Positions 40,699-50,098 of a stretch of DNA of 64,000 bases are shown here, piece after piece. The translations under genes and the position numbers were made by a program. Positions within the stretch are counted from its first letter, which is position 1; each line of letters starts with the position of its first letter. The DNA lies in NCBI GenBank assembly GCA_965217895.1, contig CBDCJV010000002.1, positions 544,001 through 608,000 on the forward strand. The letters are read 5' to 3'. Below the pieces are notes generated by a model. It made no database searches, was not told the DNA's origin, and was given only the letters and a program-made list of their open reading frames with translations. The DNA comes from Waterburya sp. Its GTDB lineage: Bacteria > Cyanobacteriota > Cyanobacteriia > Cyanobacteriales > Xenococcaceae.

Positions 40699-41655
40699 AT
40701 GTCAAAAACTCTTTCTGAGAAGCGCAGTCAAAAACTTGATTTGGCAGCCCGCGCAGCTTGGCTCTACTACATCGCAGGCGATACTCAAGAAGACATTGCT
40801 ACTAAACTTAATGTCTCACGACAAGCAGCTCAACGATTAGTCGCTCTGGCAGTCAGTGAAAAGCTAATTAAATTTCGACTAGACCATCCCCTTAGTAATT
40901 GCATTGCTTTAGCTGAAGCACTGCGGAATAAGTTTGAACTGTCTACCTGTGAAGTAGTGCCAAGTAGTGCAGATGGTTCGCGTAACGGTCTAGCTGTATG
41001 CACCGCAGCTCACCTAGAGACATATCTAATAGCAAAAGCCCCTAATATTATGGCATTTTCTTCTGGTCGAACATTACGAGCAATGGTCGAGCAAATTCCC
41101 TCTATGAATCAGCCTCAACATAAGATTGTTTCGATCGTTGGCAACATGGCTCACTATGGTCGTGCAGGTCGCCATGAGGTAGTTATGCACCTTAGCGAAG
41201 TTACTGGTGCAGAAGCTTATCCAGTACCGACTCCAGTGATAGCCACCAATGTTAAAGAACGCAAACTACTGCAAACACAACAATCGTTTATCACCGTCGA
41301 ATCTTTAGTCGATCGGGCGAAAGTCACCTTTGTCGGCATTGGTGATATTGGTTGGAATGCCCCACTTCATGAAAGTGGCTTTATTAATGATAAAGAGATT
41401 ACCGAACTTATGGAATTAGGTGCTGTTGGAGAAGTCGCGGGGTGGGCATACGACAAACAAGGTACGTTATTAAAAGAGGGTACTAATACCAGAATTGCGG
41501 GGGTTTCCCTCGAACAGCCAGTTCAGCGACTGACGATTGGAGTTGCTGGCGGTTTGCACAAAAAAGAAGCCGTGCTGGCTGCGCTAACAGGCAGGTTGAT
41601 TAATGGATTAATTACAGATGAAGCAGTGGCTGAATCAATTCTTCAGATGGCATAA
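40699..41655 (+). CDS. SorC/DeoR-family sugar-binding transcriptional regulator (SmoC-like)
   Basis: AARAAWLYY..G.TQ..IA..L.VSR HTH, sugar-binding domain, LITDE. Confidence 0.92.
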   Translation: MSKTLSEKRSQKLDLAARAAWLYYIAGDTQEDIATKLNVSRQAAQRLVALAVSEKLIKFRLDHPLSNCIALAEALRNKFELSTCEVVPSSADGSRNGLAVCTAAHLETYLIAKAPNIMAFSSGRTLRAMVEQIPSMNQPQHKIVSIVGNMAHYGRAGRHEVVMHLSEVTGAEAYPVPTPVIATNVKERKLLQTQQSFITVESLVDRAKVTFVGIGDIGWNAPLHESGFINDKEITELMELGAVGEVAGWAYDKQGTLLKEGTNTRIAGVSLEQPVQRLTIGVAGGLHKKEAVLAALTGRLINGLITDEAVAESILQMA

Positions 41656-41716
41656 GCGCCTATTTAACATTGAACGGCGTAGAATCAAGAACAATTAAAT
41701 TTTACAAGATCTACCC

Positions 41717-42990
41717 CTAAGTAGACAAAAACTGAAGAGATTGAAGAAAATCAGCTTGAGATTCATCTAAGTTTAAGAAAATAGAGCGCAAATGATCGAA
41801 GCCATAACGGAAAGTGCTTTTTACCTTTCGTCCATGTTTTTTAATCACAATCGGTTTGTGGTTAGATAACCATTGACCTGTTCGATATGCTCAACACAAA
41901 GCAATAGTGAGCAAAGCAAATAGGCGACTCAAACGCTCTGAATCGTTTAAATGGGTATCTTCCAAATTTAATCCTCGACTTTTAAAGATGCCAAAAAGAG
42001 TTTCGATACCCCAACGTTGCGTATAATCATCAATCAGAGTATGACAATAATTTGGAGCAACAACAGTCAGTAGAGAATTATCCTGTAAACGTATAGCTCC
42101 AATGTAAACTTGATGACCCCATAAAATTCGTTTTCTTTTGAGCAATAATTTCTGTCCAATCTGAAGATAGGAAAAAACAATCTTGGTTGAAAGTTGATGT
42201 TTTCCATCCCCTAGCAGTTCTGTCTCTCGGACTCTAATTCTAAATGAAATCAATGCTGTGAGAATAAATATTCCAGCCATTGATGACCTAAGAACTCGCG
42301 GTCGGCACTCAAATAAGCAATTTGATGTTCGCAGAATAGTTCAACAAATTCTTTTAATAAATCAATCCGCTCGTTGATATGGGAATTTCCCTTCTTATCT
42401 AAGTGGGTGGGTAAAATTAAATGTAAAACAAGCGTAAGCAAGATATTACGATCTATTTTCGTTACTCATTACTCGTTACTCGTTACTCGTTACTCACTGC
42501 TGAAACTATCTTCTAATTAATTTGTCCTACTTACTTAGCATCCACCCTAACAGTGGAAAAGCTACACCTTGATAAATAATACCCAGAGTCAGAATATTGA
42601 ATACCTTTCGATCAAACTGCCACTCAGTTCTGTCAAGACTCAATACCCACGGTTCAGGTATTTCCATCATATCGATGACTAACTTCGCCATGCTGTAGTA
42701 ATCTAAGTCAAATTCTCTCAGAAACCGTTGCAGTCTTTTGTAACTTGATTCTGTTTTCGCTTTACTCTTAAATCCGATTGACAAGTCTACAAGGTTTACT
42801 GTCTTAACTCTAAACAAGGCGCTCAGAAATAGCGCGAGGAAACTCAATCTTGCTTCATGCCATTTTAAGTGGGGTTTCAAGGTTTTTCGGAGCAAGTTAA
42901 TATTATTATCTATGAGATCTTCATGAGTTTAGTGTGATTACTTTTCATGAAACCCTTTTTCTGCTTCCTTTTCAACTTTTGTCTACTAAG
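41717..42990 (-). mobile_element. Degenerate IS4-family element
   Basis: Imperfect 20-bp TIRs CTAAGTAGACAAAAACTGAA / TTCAACTTTTGTCTACTAAG; DDE fragments (LDRTEW, ADREF, RWGIETLF..FKSRG) broken by a MITE, a frameshift and a TGA. Confidence 0.88.
42402..42535. mobile_element. 134-bp IS630-type MITE with TA duplication inside the IS4 transposase
   Basis: TA at 42400-42401 and 42536-42537; ends AGTGGGTGGGTAAAATTAA / TTAATTTGTCCTACTTACT; removal restores WML-DKKGNS; internal (CGTTACT)n. Confidence 0.82.
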
Positions 42991-43001
42991 ATAGGTAATA
43001 A

Positions 43002-43222
43002 GCATTGGTGACAAGTTAAAAAAAGCAGAATCAAATCAAGCACTACAGGTAGTGTTTTACTAATTTGGTGACATTGTATACTAAGTTGAAGTTGATTTCA
43101 AAGCGATGTCTTCGACTAGCTTCGTAATCGCGCTAAAAAAGAGGAGCAACTTTAAAATGACTGAAAAGCTAAGAGCTAAAAACTAGTTGACAAACAACAC
43201 AAACCCTTAACTTGTCACGATT
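43002..43222. mobile_element. MITE family A, copy 3 (diverged)
   Basis: GCATTGGTGACAAGTTAA ... CTTAACTTGTCACGATT. Confidence 0.7.
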
Positions 43223-43267
43223 AGGTAATAGGTAATAAAATTTTCACGATTCACTTAAGATTGCTAT

Positions 43268-46200
43268 ATGTCGTTAGAAAAACTCTTAATTCAGCCATTC
43301 GTTCTCGAACGGGTAATCGATCGCAACCCGCCGATAGTGACGACTGAGACAACAGTTTCAGAGGCGATCTCCCTGATGAGCCAAATTCGGCATCAAAGCT
43401 GTATCGGGGCTAGTTGTGAGCTTGAAAATGTGACTGACGCTTCAGATTTATCTTCAAATGTGCGGGCAAGCTCTAGTTACCTTCTGGTACTAGAGGCAGA
43501 GAAGCTAATCGGAATTTTTACCGAGCGAGATTTAGTTAAATTAGCAGCTTCGGAGTACGATTGTTCGGCGATTAAAATTACCGAAGTTATGACCGATTCA
43601 GTTATTACTTTGCCCCAGTCAGAAATTCGCGATATTTTTTACGTACTAGGTTATTTTCGTCGGCATCATATTCGTCATTTACCCATTTTGGACGAGGAAA
43701 ATAGTCTACTGGGAGTTATTACTACGGGCAGTCTACGTAAAGCTTTGCAGCCCCATAATTTTTTGCGATTGAGACAGGTAGCAGACGTAATGGCTACTGA
43801 AGTAGTGACGGCATCGGCTAATGATTCAGTGCTGAGTTTAGCCCGATTAATGAGCGATCGCCAGGTTAGCTGCGTAGTGATTACAGAAGCGATTGAAAAT
43901 GGATCGGGAGAAATTTTGGCAACTCCCGTGGGCATCATTACCGAAGGGGATATCGTTCAATTTCAAGCTCTCAATTTGGATCTGAGAAAAATCCAGGCAG
44001 AAACGGTGATGAGCTTCCCGCTTTTTCCCGTCAAGCCTTTAGATGCTCTGTGGCAAGCTAATCTACAGATGCAGCAGTACCGTGTCCGACGCTTGGTAGT
44101 TACGGGGGAACAAGGAGAACTGGTAGGGATTGTCACCCAAACCAGTCTGCTGCAAATTCTCGATCCTCTAGAGATGTTACAGGAATTAGAGGATTTACAG
44201 GAGATTAAAGATAAGCAAACCCTACAGCTAAAACAGACCAATCGGCAACTACAAAATGAGATTGTCGAGCGAAAACGGTTAGAGGATGCCCTGCAAGAAG
44301 CTAATCGAGCTTTAACTACACAAGTAGATCGCCAAACTAGCGAACTGGGAGCAACTAAAGAAGTTCTACAACAGGAGACTGAAACCCGCCAGCGATCGCA
44401 AACACAAGGTGATCGCTTTTTTGACCTTTCTTTAGACTTATTTTGCATGGCTGGGGTTGACGGTTACTTTAAGCAAATCAACCCAGCGATGGAGCAACTT
44501 CTTGGTTTTAGCAGAGCGGAATTACTAGCTAAACCTTATCTTGACTTCGTGCATCCAGGCGATCGAGCAGCTACCACCGCCGAAGCTACCAAACTTACTC
44601 AAGGTATACATACAGTTAGCTTTGAAAATCGTTATCTTTGTCAAAATGGTTCATATAAATGGTTGCTTTGGACGGCTACTTTTGCTGCTGAGGAGCAGCT
44701 TATGTATGGCTCAGGCAAAGATATTACCGAGCGAAAATTGACAGAAGCGGAATCACAACGTCAATCTCGGCAATCGCAACTAATTTCGGAAATAACCCTT
44801 AAAATCCGTCAGTCATTGAATTTAAAAGAGATTTTACGCCTGGCTGTTACCGAAATTCAGAAGATTTTACAGGCAGATCGGGTTTTAGTTTTTCAACTAC
44901 ATCCTGACGGTTTTGGTAAAGCTATAGAAGAAGCTGTAGTTCCAGGCTATCCGACTGTTTTAGGACGGAATCTTTTCGACCCCTGTTTTCAAGATGGATA
45001 TGCAGCACAGTATCGTCAGGGCAGGATTGGCGCGATCGCCGATATCGAACGAGCAAACATTCAGCCTTGTTATATAAAATTTCTCCAGCAGTTTGCGATC
45101 AAAGCTAATCTTGTCGTGCCAATTCTCCAGCAGTCGCAGCTTTGGGGGTTACTAATCGTGCATCAGTGCGATCGCCCCCGTCACTGGCAAACTTTTGAGA
45201 TCGATTTGCTGAGACAACTAGCAAACCAGATTAGTATTGCTATCTCTCAGGCGGAACTACTAAATAGTCTAGAAGAAAAGGTAGCAGTACGAACATTTGA
45301 ATTAGAACAGGCAAATAAACGGCTTAAGCTCACTCAATTTTCCATTGATCGCAGTGCGGAAATAATCGCTTGGGTTAGTCCTGATGCTGAGATAATTTAT
45401 ATCAACGACTCGGCTTGTGAGATCTTAGGCTATAGTCGCGATCGACTCTTGAGTTTAAACATTGCTGAAATTGTTCCCGCTTTTTCAGCAGCAGCTTGGA
45501 TAAAACATTGGCAGCAGTTGAGAGATCGAGGCTCGCTACAGTTGGAAACTTCTTTGCAAACTAAAGATGGTCGTGTTATTCCTATTGAAGCTATTACAGA
45601 ATATCTCCAGGTAGAAGATCGAGAATATAACTGTATTTTTGCTCGCGATATTAGTCAACGTAAGCAGACTGAATCGGCACTGCAGCAGAGCGAAAAACGC
45701 TTCAAAGCTCTAGTGGCTAACGTTCCTGGTGCAATATACCGCTTTATTAATGACGACAATTATACAATGAAATTTATTGACGATGAAATTACCACAATTT
45801 CTGGTTATCCTGCTGCCGATTTTCTCCAAAACCAACGAACTCCTCTCAGCATTATTTACACTGAAGATCGCGAACGAGTTGCCCAAGAACTTCAAGCAGC
45901 GATCGCCCAAAAAAGAGACTATACTATCGAACATCGCATTGTACGTTCAGATGGAGCAATTAGCTGGGTAAAAAGCAAAGGACAGGGAGTTTATGACGAA
46001 GAAGATCGGCTTCTTTGGCTTGACGGAATTCTTTTAGACATCAACGAACGCAAATGGGCAGAAACTTTGCAACGGGTGCAAAATCGAGCTTTAAGTATGC
46101 TGGCAGAAGGAGGAACACTATACGATGTCTTACTAGAACTGACCGAACAAATCAATCGATTATCTCCAGGCTTAAATTCAACCATTATGATGATGGAGAA

Positions 46201-47608
46201 TGATAACAAGCATTTAAGTTCTTATATTAACTCTCAAATGCCCCAAGATTATGTTGAGGCGATCAATCGTTTACCCATTGGGGCAAAAGTTGGTTCTTGC
46301 GGTACGGCTGCATATTTGGGTCAGCGCGTGATAGTTAGTAATATTGCCGCCGATCCTTTGTGGACAGAATACAAACATTTAATTTTAGCCTACGGTTTCC
46401 AAGCCTGTTGGTCAGAACCAATTAAATCGGAGACGGGTAGAGTTTTGGGAACTTTTGGTCTGTATTTTACCGAACCGCGATCGCCTTCAGCCCAAGAACT
46501 AGAAATAATCGAAGCCTGTGCTAGCTTAGCTTCTGTTGCCATTACTCGCAAACAATCTGAGGCTACATTAAGAGATAGCGAAGCACAGCTTCGTTTAATT
46601 ACAGATGCCTTACCAGCCTTGATTTCTTATATCGATAATCGACAGTGCTATCAATTTGTCAACAAGACTTATGAAGAATGGCATCGACTAACTCGTACCG
46701 AAATTATTGGCAGTCATATTAAAGAACTTCTAGGGGAAGTAAATTACCAGCAAATTCAACAGTATGTAGAATCAGCCCTGTCAGGCGAGACTTTGACCTA
46801 TGAAAGTGAAATTCTTTTAGATCGTCAAGTGCGTCATTTCAGTGCTACTTATATTCCCGATCTAGATCGCAATGGAACAGTAAAAGGACTTGTTGCTTTA
46901 GTTAGCGATATAAGCGATCTTAAAGCGATCTCACAAATGAAGGACGAGTTTATTTCCGTAGTCAGTCATGAATTACGCACTCCTCTAACCTCTATTTATG
47001 GTGCTTTGAAACTGCTTGTAACTAGTCCTCAAAGTGGGTTAGAAGAAGAAGATCGAGAAATGCTGAATATTGCCGTAACCAACACAGAACGTTTAATACG
47101 TCTAGTAAACGATGTGCTAGACCTAGAACGAATTGAGTCTGGCAAAATTAAAATGAACAAACAGTCTTGTAATACTGCCGATTTAGTTCGCCAAGCTATT
47201 GAAGTTATGCTTCCAATGGCTCATGCTCAAGACGTTACTTTAGTGGCAGAACCCTGTCCTATAGCAATTAACGCCGATCCCGACCACATACACCAAACTT
47301 TAACTAACCTCCTTAGCAATGCCATAAAATTTTCTCCGTCCCACAGTTCCGTTTGGCTCACAGTTGACGAGCGAGAAAGCGAAACTCTGTTTAAGGTTAG
47401 CGATCGCGGACGCGGAATTCCCTCAGACAAATTAGAGCATATTTTTGAACGTTTTCAACAGGTAAATGCTTCAGATTCGCGAGACAAAGGAGGCACTGGT
47501 TTGGGATTAGCCATCTGCTATAAAATCATCGAGGAACACGATGGTCGCATTTGGGCTGAGAGTAAGCTTAATCAAGGAAGCACGTTTTGTTTTACCATAC
47601 CGAAGTAA
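43268..47608 (+). CDS. Sensor histidine kinase CBS(x4)-PAS-GAF(DXCF cyanobacteriochrome)-PAS-PAS-GAF-PAS-HisKA-HATPase
   Basis: GIFTERD and GIITEGD CBS motifs; GAF ADRVLV..DPCF..YRQGRI..PCY..LWGLLIVHQC..PRHW; SHELRTPL; NLLSNAIKF; GTGLGL. Confidence 0.92.
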   Translation: MSLEKLLIQPFVLERVIDRNPPIVTTETTVSEAISLMSQIRHQSCIGASCELENVTDASDLSSNVRASSSYLLVLEAEKLIGIFTERDLVKLAASEYDCSAIKITEVMTDSVITLPQSEIRDIFYVLGYFRRHHIRHLPILDEENSLLGVITTGSLRKALQPHNFLRLRQVADVMATEVVTASANDSVLSLARLMSDRQVSCVVITEAIENGSGEILATPVGIITEGDIVQFQALNLDLRKIQAETVMSFPLFPVKPLDALWQANLQMQQYRVRRLVVTGEQGELVGIVTQTSLLQILDPLEMLQELEDLQEIKDKQTLQLKQTNRQLQNEIVERKRLEDALQEANRALTTQVDRQTSELGATKEVLQQETETRQRSQTQGDRFFDLSLDLFCMAGVDGYFKQINPAMEQLLGFSRAELLAKPYLDFVHPGDRAATTAEATKLTQGIHTVSFENRYLCQNGSYKWLLWTATFAAEEQLMYGSGKDITERKLTEAESQRQSRQSQLISEITLKIRQSLNLKEILRLAVTEIQKILQADRVLVFQLHPDGFGKAIEEAVVPGYPTVLGRNLFDPCFQDGYAAQYRQGRIGAIADIERANIQPCYIKFLQQFAIKANLVVPILQQSQLWGLLIVHQCDRPRHWQTFEIDLLRQLANQISIAISQAELLNSLEEKVAVRTFELEQANKRLKLTQFSIDRSAEIIAWVSPDAEIIYINDSACEILGYSRDRLLSLNIAEIVPAFSAAAWIKHWQQLRDRGSLQLETSLQTKDGRVIPIEAITEYLQVEDREYNCIFARDISQRKQTESALQQSEKRFKALVANVPGAIYRFINDDNYTMKFIDDEITTISGYPAADFLQNQRTPLSIIYTEDRERVAQELQAAIAQKRDYTIEHRIVRSDGAISWVKSKGQGVYDEEDRLLWLDGILLDINERKWAETLQRVQNRALSMLAEGGTLYDVLLELTEQINRLSPGLNSTIMMMENDNKHLSSYINSQMPQDYVEAINRLPIGAKVGSCGTAAYLGQRVIVSNIAADPLWTEYKHLILAYGFQACWSEPIKSETGRVLGTFGLYFTEPRSPSAQELEIIEACASLASVAITRKQSEATLRDSEAQLRLITDALPALISYIDNRQCYQFVNKTYEEWHRLTRTEIIGSHIKELLGEVNYQQIQQYVESALSGETLTYESEILLDRQVRHFSATYIPDLDRNGTVKGLVALVSDISDLKAISQMKDEFISVVSHELRTPLTSIYGALKLLVTSPQSGLEEEDREMLNIAVTNTERLIRLVNDVLDLERIESGKIKMNKQSCNTADLVRQAIEVMLPMAHAQDVTLVAEPCPIAINADPDHIHQTLTNLLSNAIKFSPSHSSVWLTVDERESETLFKVSDRGRGIPSDKLEHIFERFQQVNASDSRDKGGTGLGLAICYKIIEEHDGRIWAESKLNQGSTFCFTIPK

Positions 47609-47751
47609 CTCAGAATTGCTAGAAAAGGTAATAGGTAATAGGTAATAAGATTGAATAAATCTTTATAAACCTCCTGCCTCCTGCCTACATGCGGCTAAAG
47701 CCTTTGTGCCTTCACACAACTTTCAAATGGTGTATCTAAACAGGATTTAGT

Positions 47752-48123
47752 ATGATTTCCAAACGCATCTTACTTATAGACGATGAGCCATCTATCTTAG
47801 CAGTAGCTCGCATCGGTTTAAAGCGTGCGGGATGGTTAGTGTTGACTGCTAATTCGGGACAAGAAGGTATTGCCAAAGCCGAAACCGAACTGCCAGATGC
47901 GATCGTTTTGGATGTAATGATGCCAGAAATGGATGGCTTGGCAACTCTCAAACAGCTACAGGATAATCCTCAAGTTCAACATATCCCAGTAATTTTTCTG
48001 ACTGCCAAAGCCCAACAATCCGATCGTCGTAACTTTTATGCTTCTGGCATTAAAGGATTTATTACCAAACCTTTCGACCCTACTACCCTAGCAAGCCAAA
48101 TTTCTGGTTTTCTTAGCTGGTAG
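47752..48123 (+). CDS. Single-domain CheY-like receiver (RcaF/RfpC-like position)
   Basis: IDDE, LDVMMP, FLTAK and TKPF all intact. Confidence 0.92.
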   Translation: MISKRILLIDDEPSILAVARIGLKRAGWLVLTANSGQEGIAKAETELPDAIVLDVMMPEMDGLATLKQLQDNPQVQHIPVIFLTAKAQQSDRRNFYASGIKGFITKPFDPTTLASQISGFLSW

Positions 48124-48409
48124 CAAGTATCGCTTCGCATAAGTAATAGATAATAAGATCGAATATAGTCATGTCTTTATAGAAACCAGATGAATTTAAA
48201 GGTAATAATAAATCTCGATAAATCTTCTGCCTTCTGCCTCCTGCCCTCTGCCTTTGCCCAAGTTTTAAATGGTGTATCTCAACAGAATTTAACATCACCT
48301 CATAAGTAGCTCATATTTCTCGATTAATATTATTTATTCAGATTAATTGCAAATTTAATTACTAGCAAATTACTCATTATCTGCTGCTTATTTGCATTAG
48401 AGGAAAATA

Positions 48410-48796
48410 ATGTTGATGTTACATTCAAGTCTTAAGTGCATCTTAGTTATCGATATTGTTGAGGATATTCAGCAAATTATTCGACGCAGCCTTAAACATG
48501 ATGCAAATTGGCAGGTACTATTAGCCAATTCAATCACTGAGGGATTGACTCTAACCCAAACTAAGCAACCCGATGTAATTTTACTTGAAGCTAGCTTAAT
48601 CGATAAATGCGATCCTAATGTTTGGCAACAACTGCAAACTATTGTTGCCAGTCAATCTATTCCCCTGATATTCATGGCAGCCAGGGTTAGAGCAACAGAT
48701 CTATTAAAATTTCAACAACTTGGAGGGACAACGGCGATCGCTAAACCTTTCGATCCCAAACACTTAGTAGAAACAATTTCTCAAGTATTAGAGTAA
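48410..48796 (+). CDS. CheY-like pseudo-receiver
   Basis: REC fold with IDIV and ILLEAS (Glu at the phospho-Asp position); AKPFDP retained. Confidence 0.8.
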   Translation: MLMLHSSLKCILVIDIVEDIQQIIRRSLKHDANWQVLLANSITEGLTLTQTKQPDVILLEASLIDKCDPNVWQQLQTIVASQSIPLIFMAARVRATDLLKFQQLGGTTAIAKPFDPKHLVETISQVLE

Positions 48797-48841
48797 TTTA
48801 CAGGCTTTTTTTAATGGCACACACAAAGACAGAAAATCTAA

Positions 48842-50098
48842 TTACGACGATAGATTGAGCTTCTCTTCAATACTAGCACCAGGATTATGCTCCCAGCGAT
48901 CGCCTACATGAGCATAAATTGAAGTAGTCCTGGGATCGGCATGACCTAATAAGTCTTGAACCTGTCGCAAGTCCGAACCAGTTCTTAACGCTAATGTACC
49001 AGCAGTGTGTCTGAGGCTATGAGCAGAAAGAGTTCGACCAGAAGTATGTTTGAGATTGGTAGTTTTCAAATAGCTATCAATAATTGCTCTAATGCTACGT
49101 CTAGATAATTCCTTGCCCTTACTGTTATTGCTTAAGGAGACAAAGACACAATCAGTAGGTTTAATTTTTCTTCTCAAGACTTTTTGTCTTATCTGGAGAT
49201 ACTCGTCTAGTTGTGTGGCTAAGTTTTCCGTTAAAGGAACAACTCTACTAGCTCGTTTAGCCGATACTTGTAGTCCTGTTTTCAACCCTTGCCTGACAAT
49301 ATCTTCTATCTTTAGTTGATGCATCTCAACCGTTCTGCATCCTTCTACACTCATAATGCCAATTAAAATGCGATCGCTCATGAACATCAATCTTTGCTTG
49401 TTAGTTCTAGCTTCGTTTAATTGAGATTGAATATGGTCGAGCAAAAACTTTAATTCTTCTGCCTCCATGAAGGTAATCCGAGCAGCAGGGTCTTTCCTAT
49501 CTTTGGGTGCTTTGATGTTTTGTGCAGGATTATTTTTTATTAATCCATGAGTTAATGCTGCCTTGTAAAATATCCTGACAATGTTGAGCTTAGTTGCGAT
49601 CGTGCTATTTTGGTAGCCAGATTGAACTAGATATTGTCGATATAGCTTGATATCTTCAGCATCCGCCCCTAATGGCTCAAATAGATTTTCTTTACACCAA
49701 TCTAAGTACTGTTTGGTCTAAGAAATATAGGAGCGAACAGTATCTGCTGAAGCTGCACCATCTCCTACCTCAAGTTGAAGAAACTTGGCAAATATCTGTT
49801 CTATGTCAAAGACAAAAGTTGGTACAGCTTGCGCCGATTCTAGCTTTTGAACCGCACTAGTTTCGAGAGTTGCAGATTCTGACTGCGTTTCTTTAACAAG
49901 GCTTCCGCCTTGGAAGGTAGGAGGCACAAAGGACTTGTCCGCATGTATACAGGAGACAGAAGGATTATCCTTTAAACCTGTTCTTTTGGGGTCTAAATTC
50001 CCGTCCGAACAATTGACCTTCTGCCCTCTGCCCTCAAACTTCTGCCTCTCTTTAACTGCTACGGGAATTATGTTTATTTCCATTTTGCTACTTTTCAT
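48842..50098 (-). pseudogene. Tyrosine recombinase/integrase interrupted by one in-frame TAG
   Basis: The frame is continuous across TAG 49718-49720 ([11 protein letters not shown]); catalytic GCR, HSLRH, LGH and Y present; 53-codon repeat insert near the N-terminus. Confidence 0.88.
49898..50048. mobile_element. 151-bp repeat element with 8-bp target duplication
   Basis: TCTTTAAC at 49890-49897 and 50049-50056; (CTTCTGCC)-like ends; nested 21-mer at 49926. Confidence 0.78.

Noticed and set aside
24999..47608. Naming the relay rcaEFC or rfpABC
   Set aside because: The kinase domain layout and GAF motifs differ (CBS plus DXCF GAF, no PHY domain) and no antenna or far-red photosystem genes are present
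48113..48298. 61-aa minus-strand ORF (GQRQRAGGRRQK)
   Set aside because: Translation of (CTGCCT)-type repeat DNA
48797..48841. tRNA or att site at the island boundary
   Set aside because: No tRNA-like fold and no matching repeat within the window
49718..49720. Programmed amber readthrough or recoding in the integrase
   Set aside because: No recoding machinery or signal is visible; neighbouring genes are also decayed, so a nonsense mutation or sequencing error is simpler
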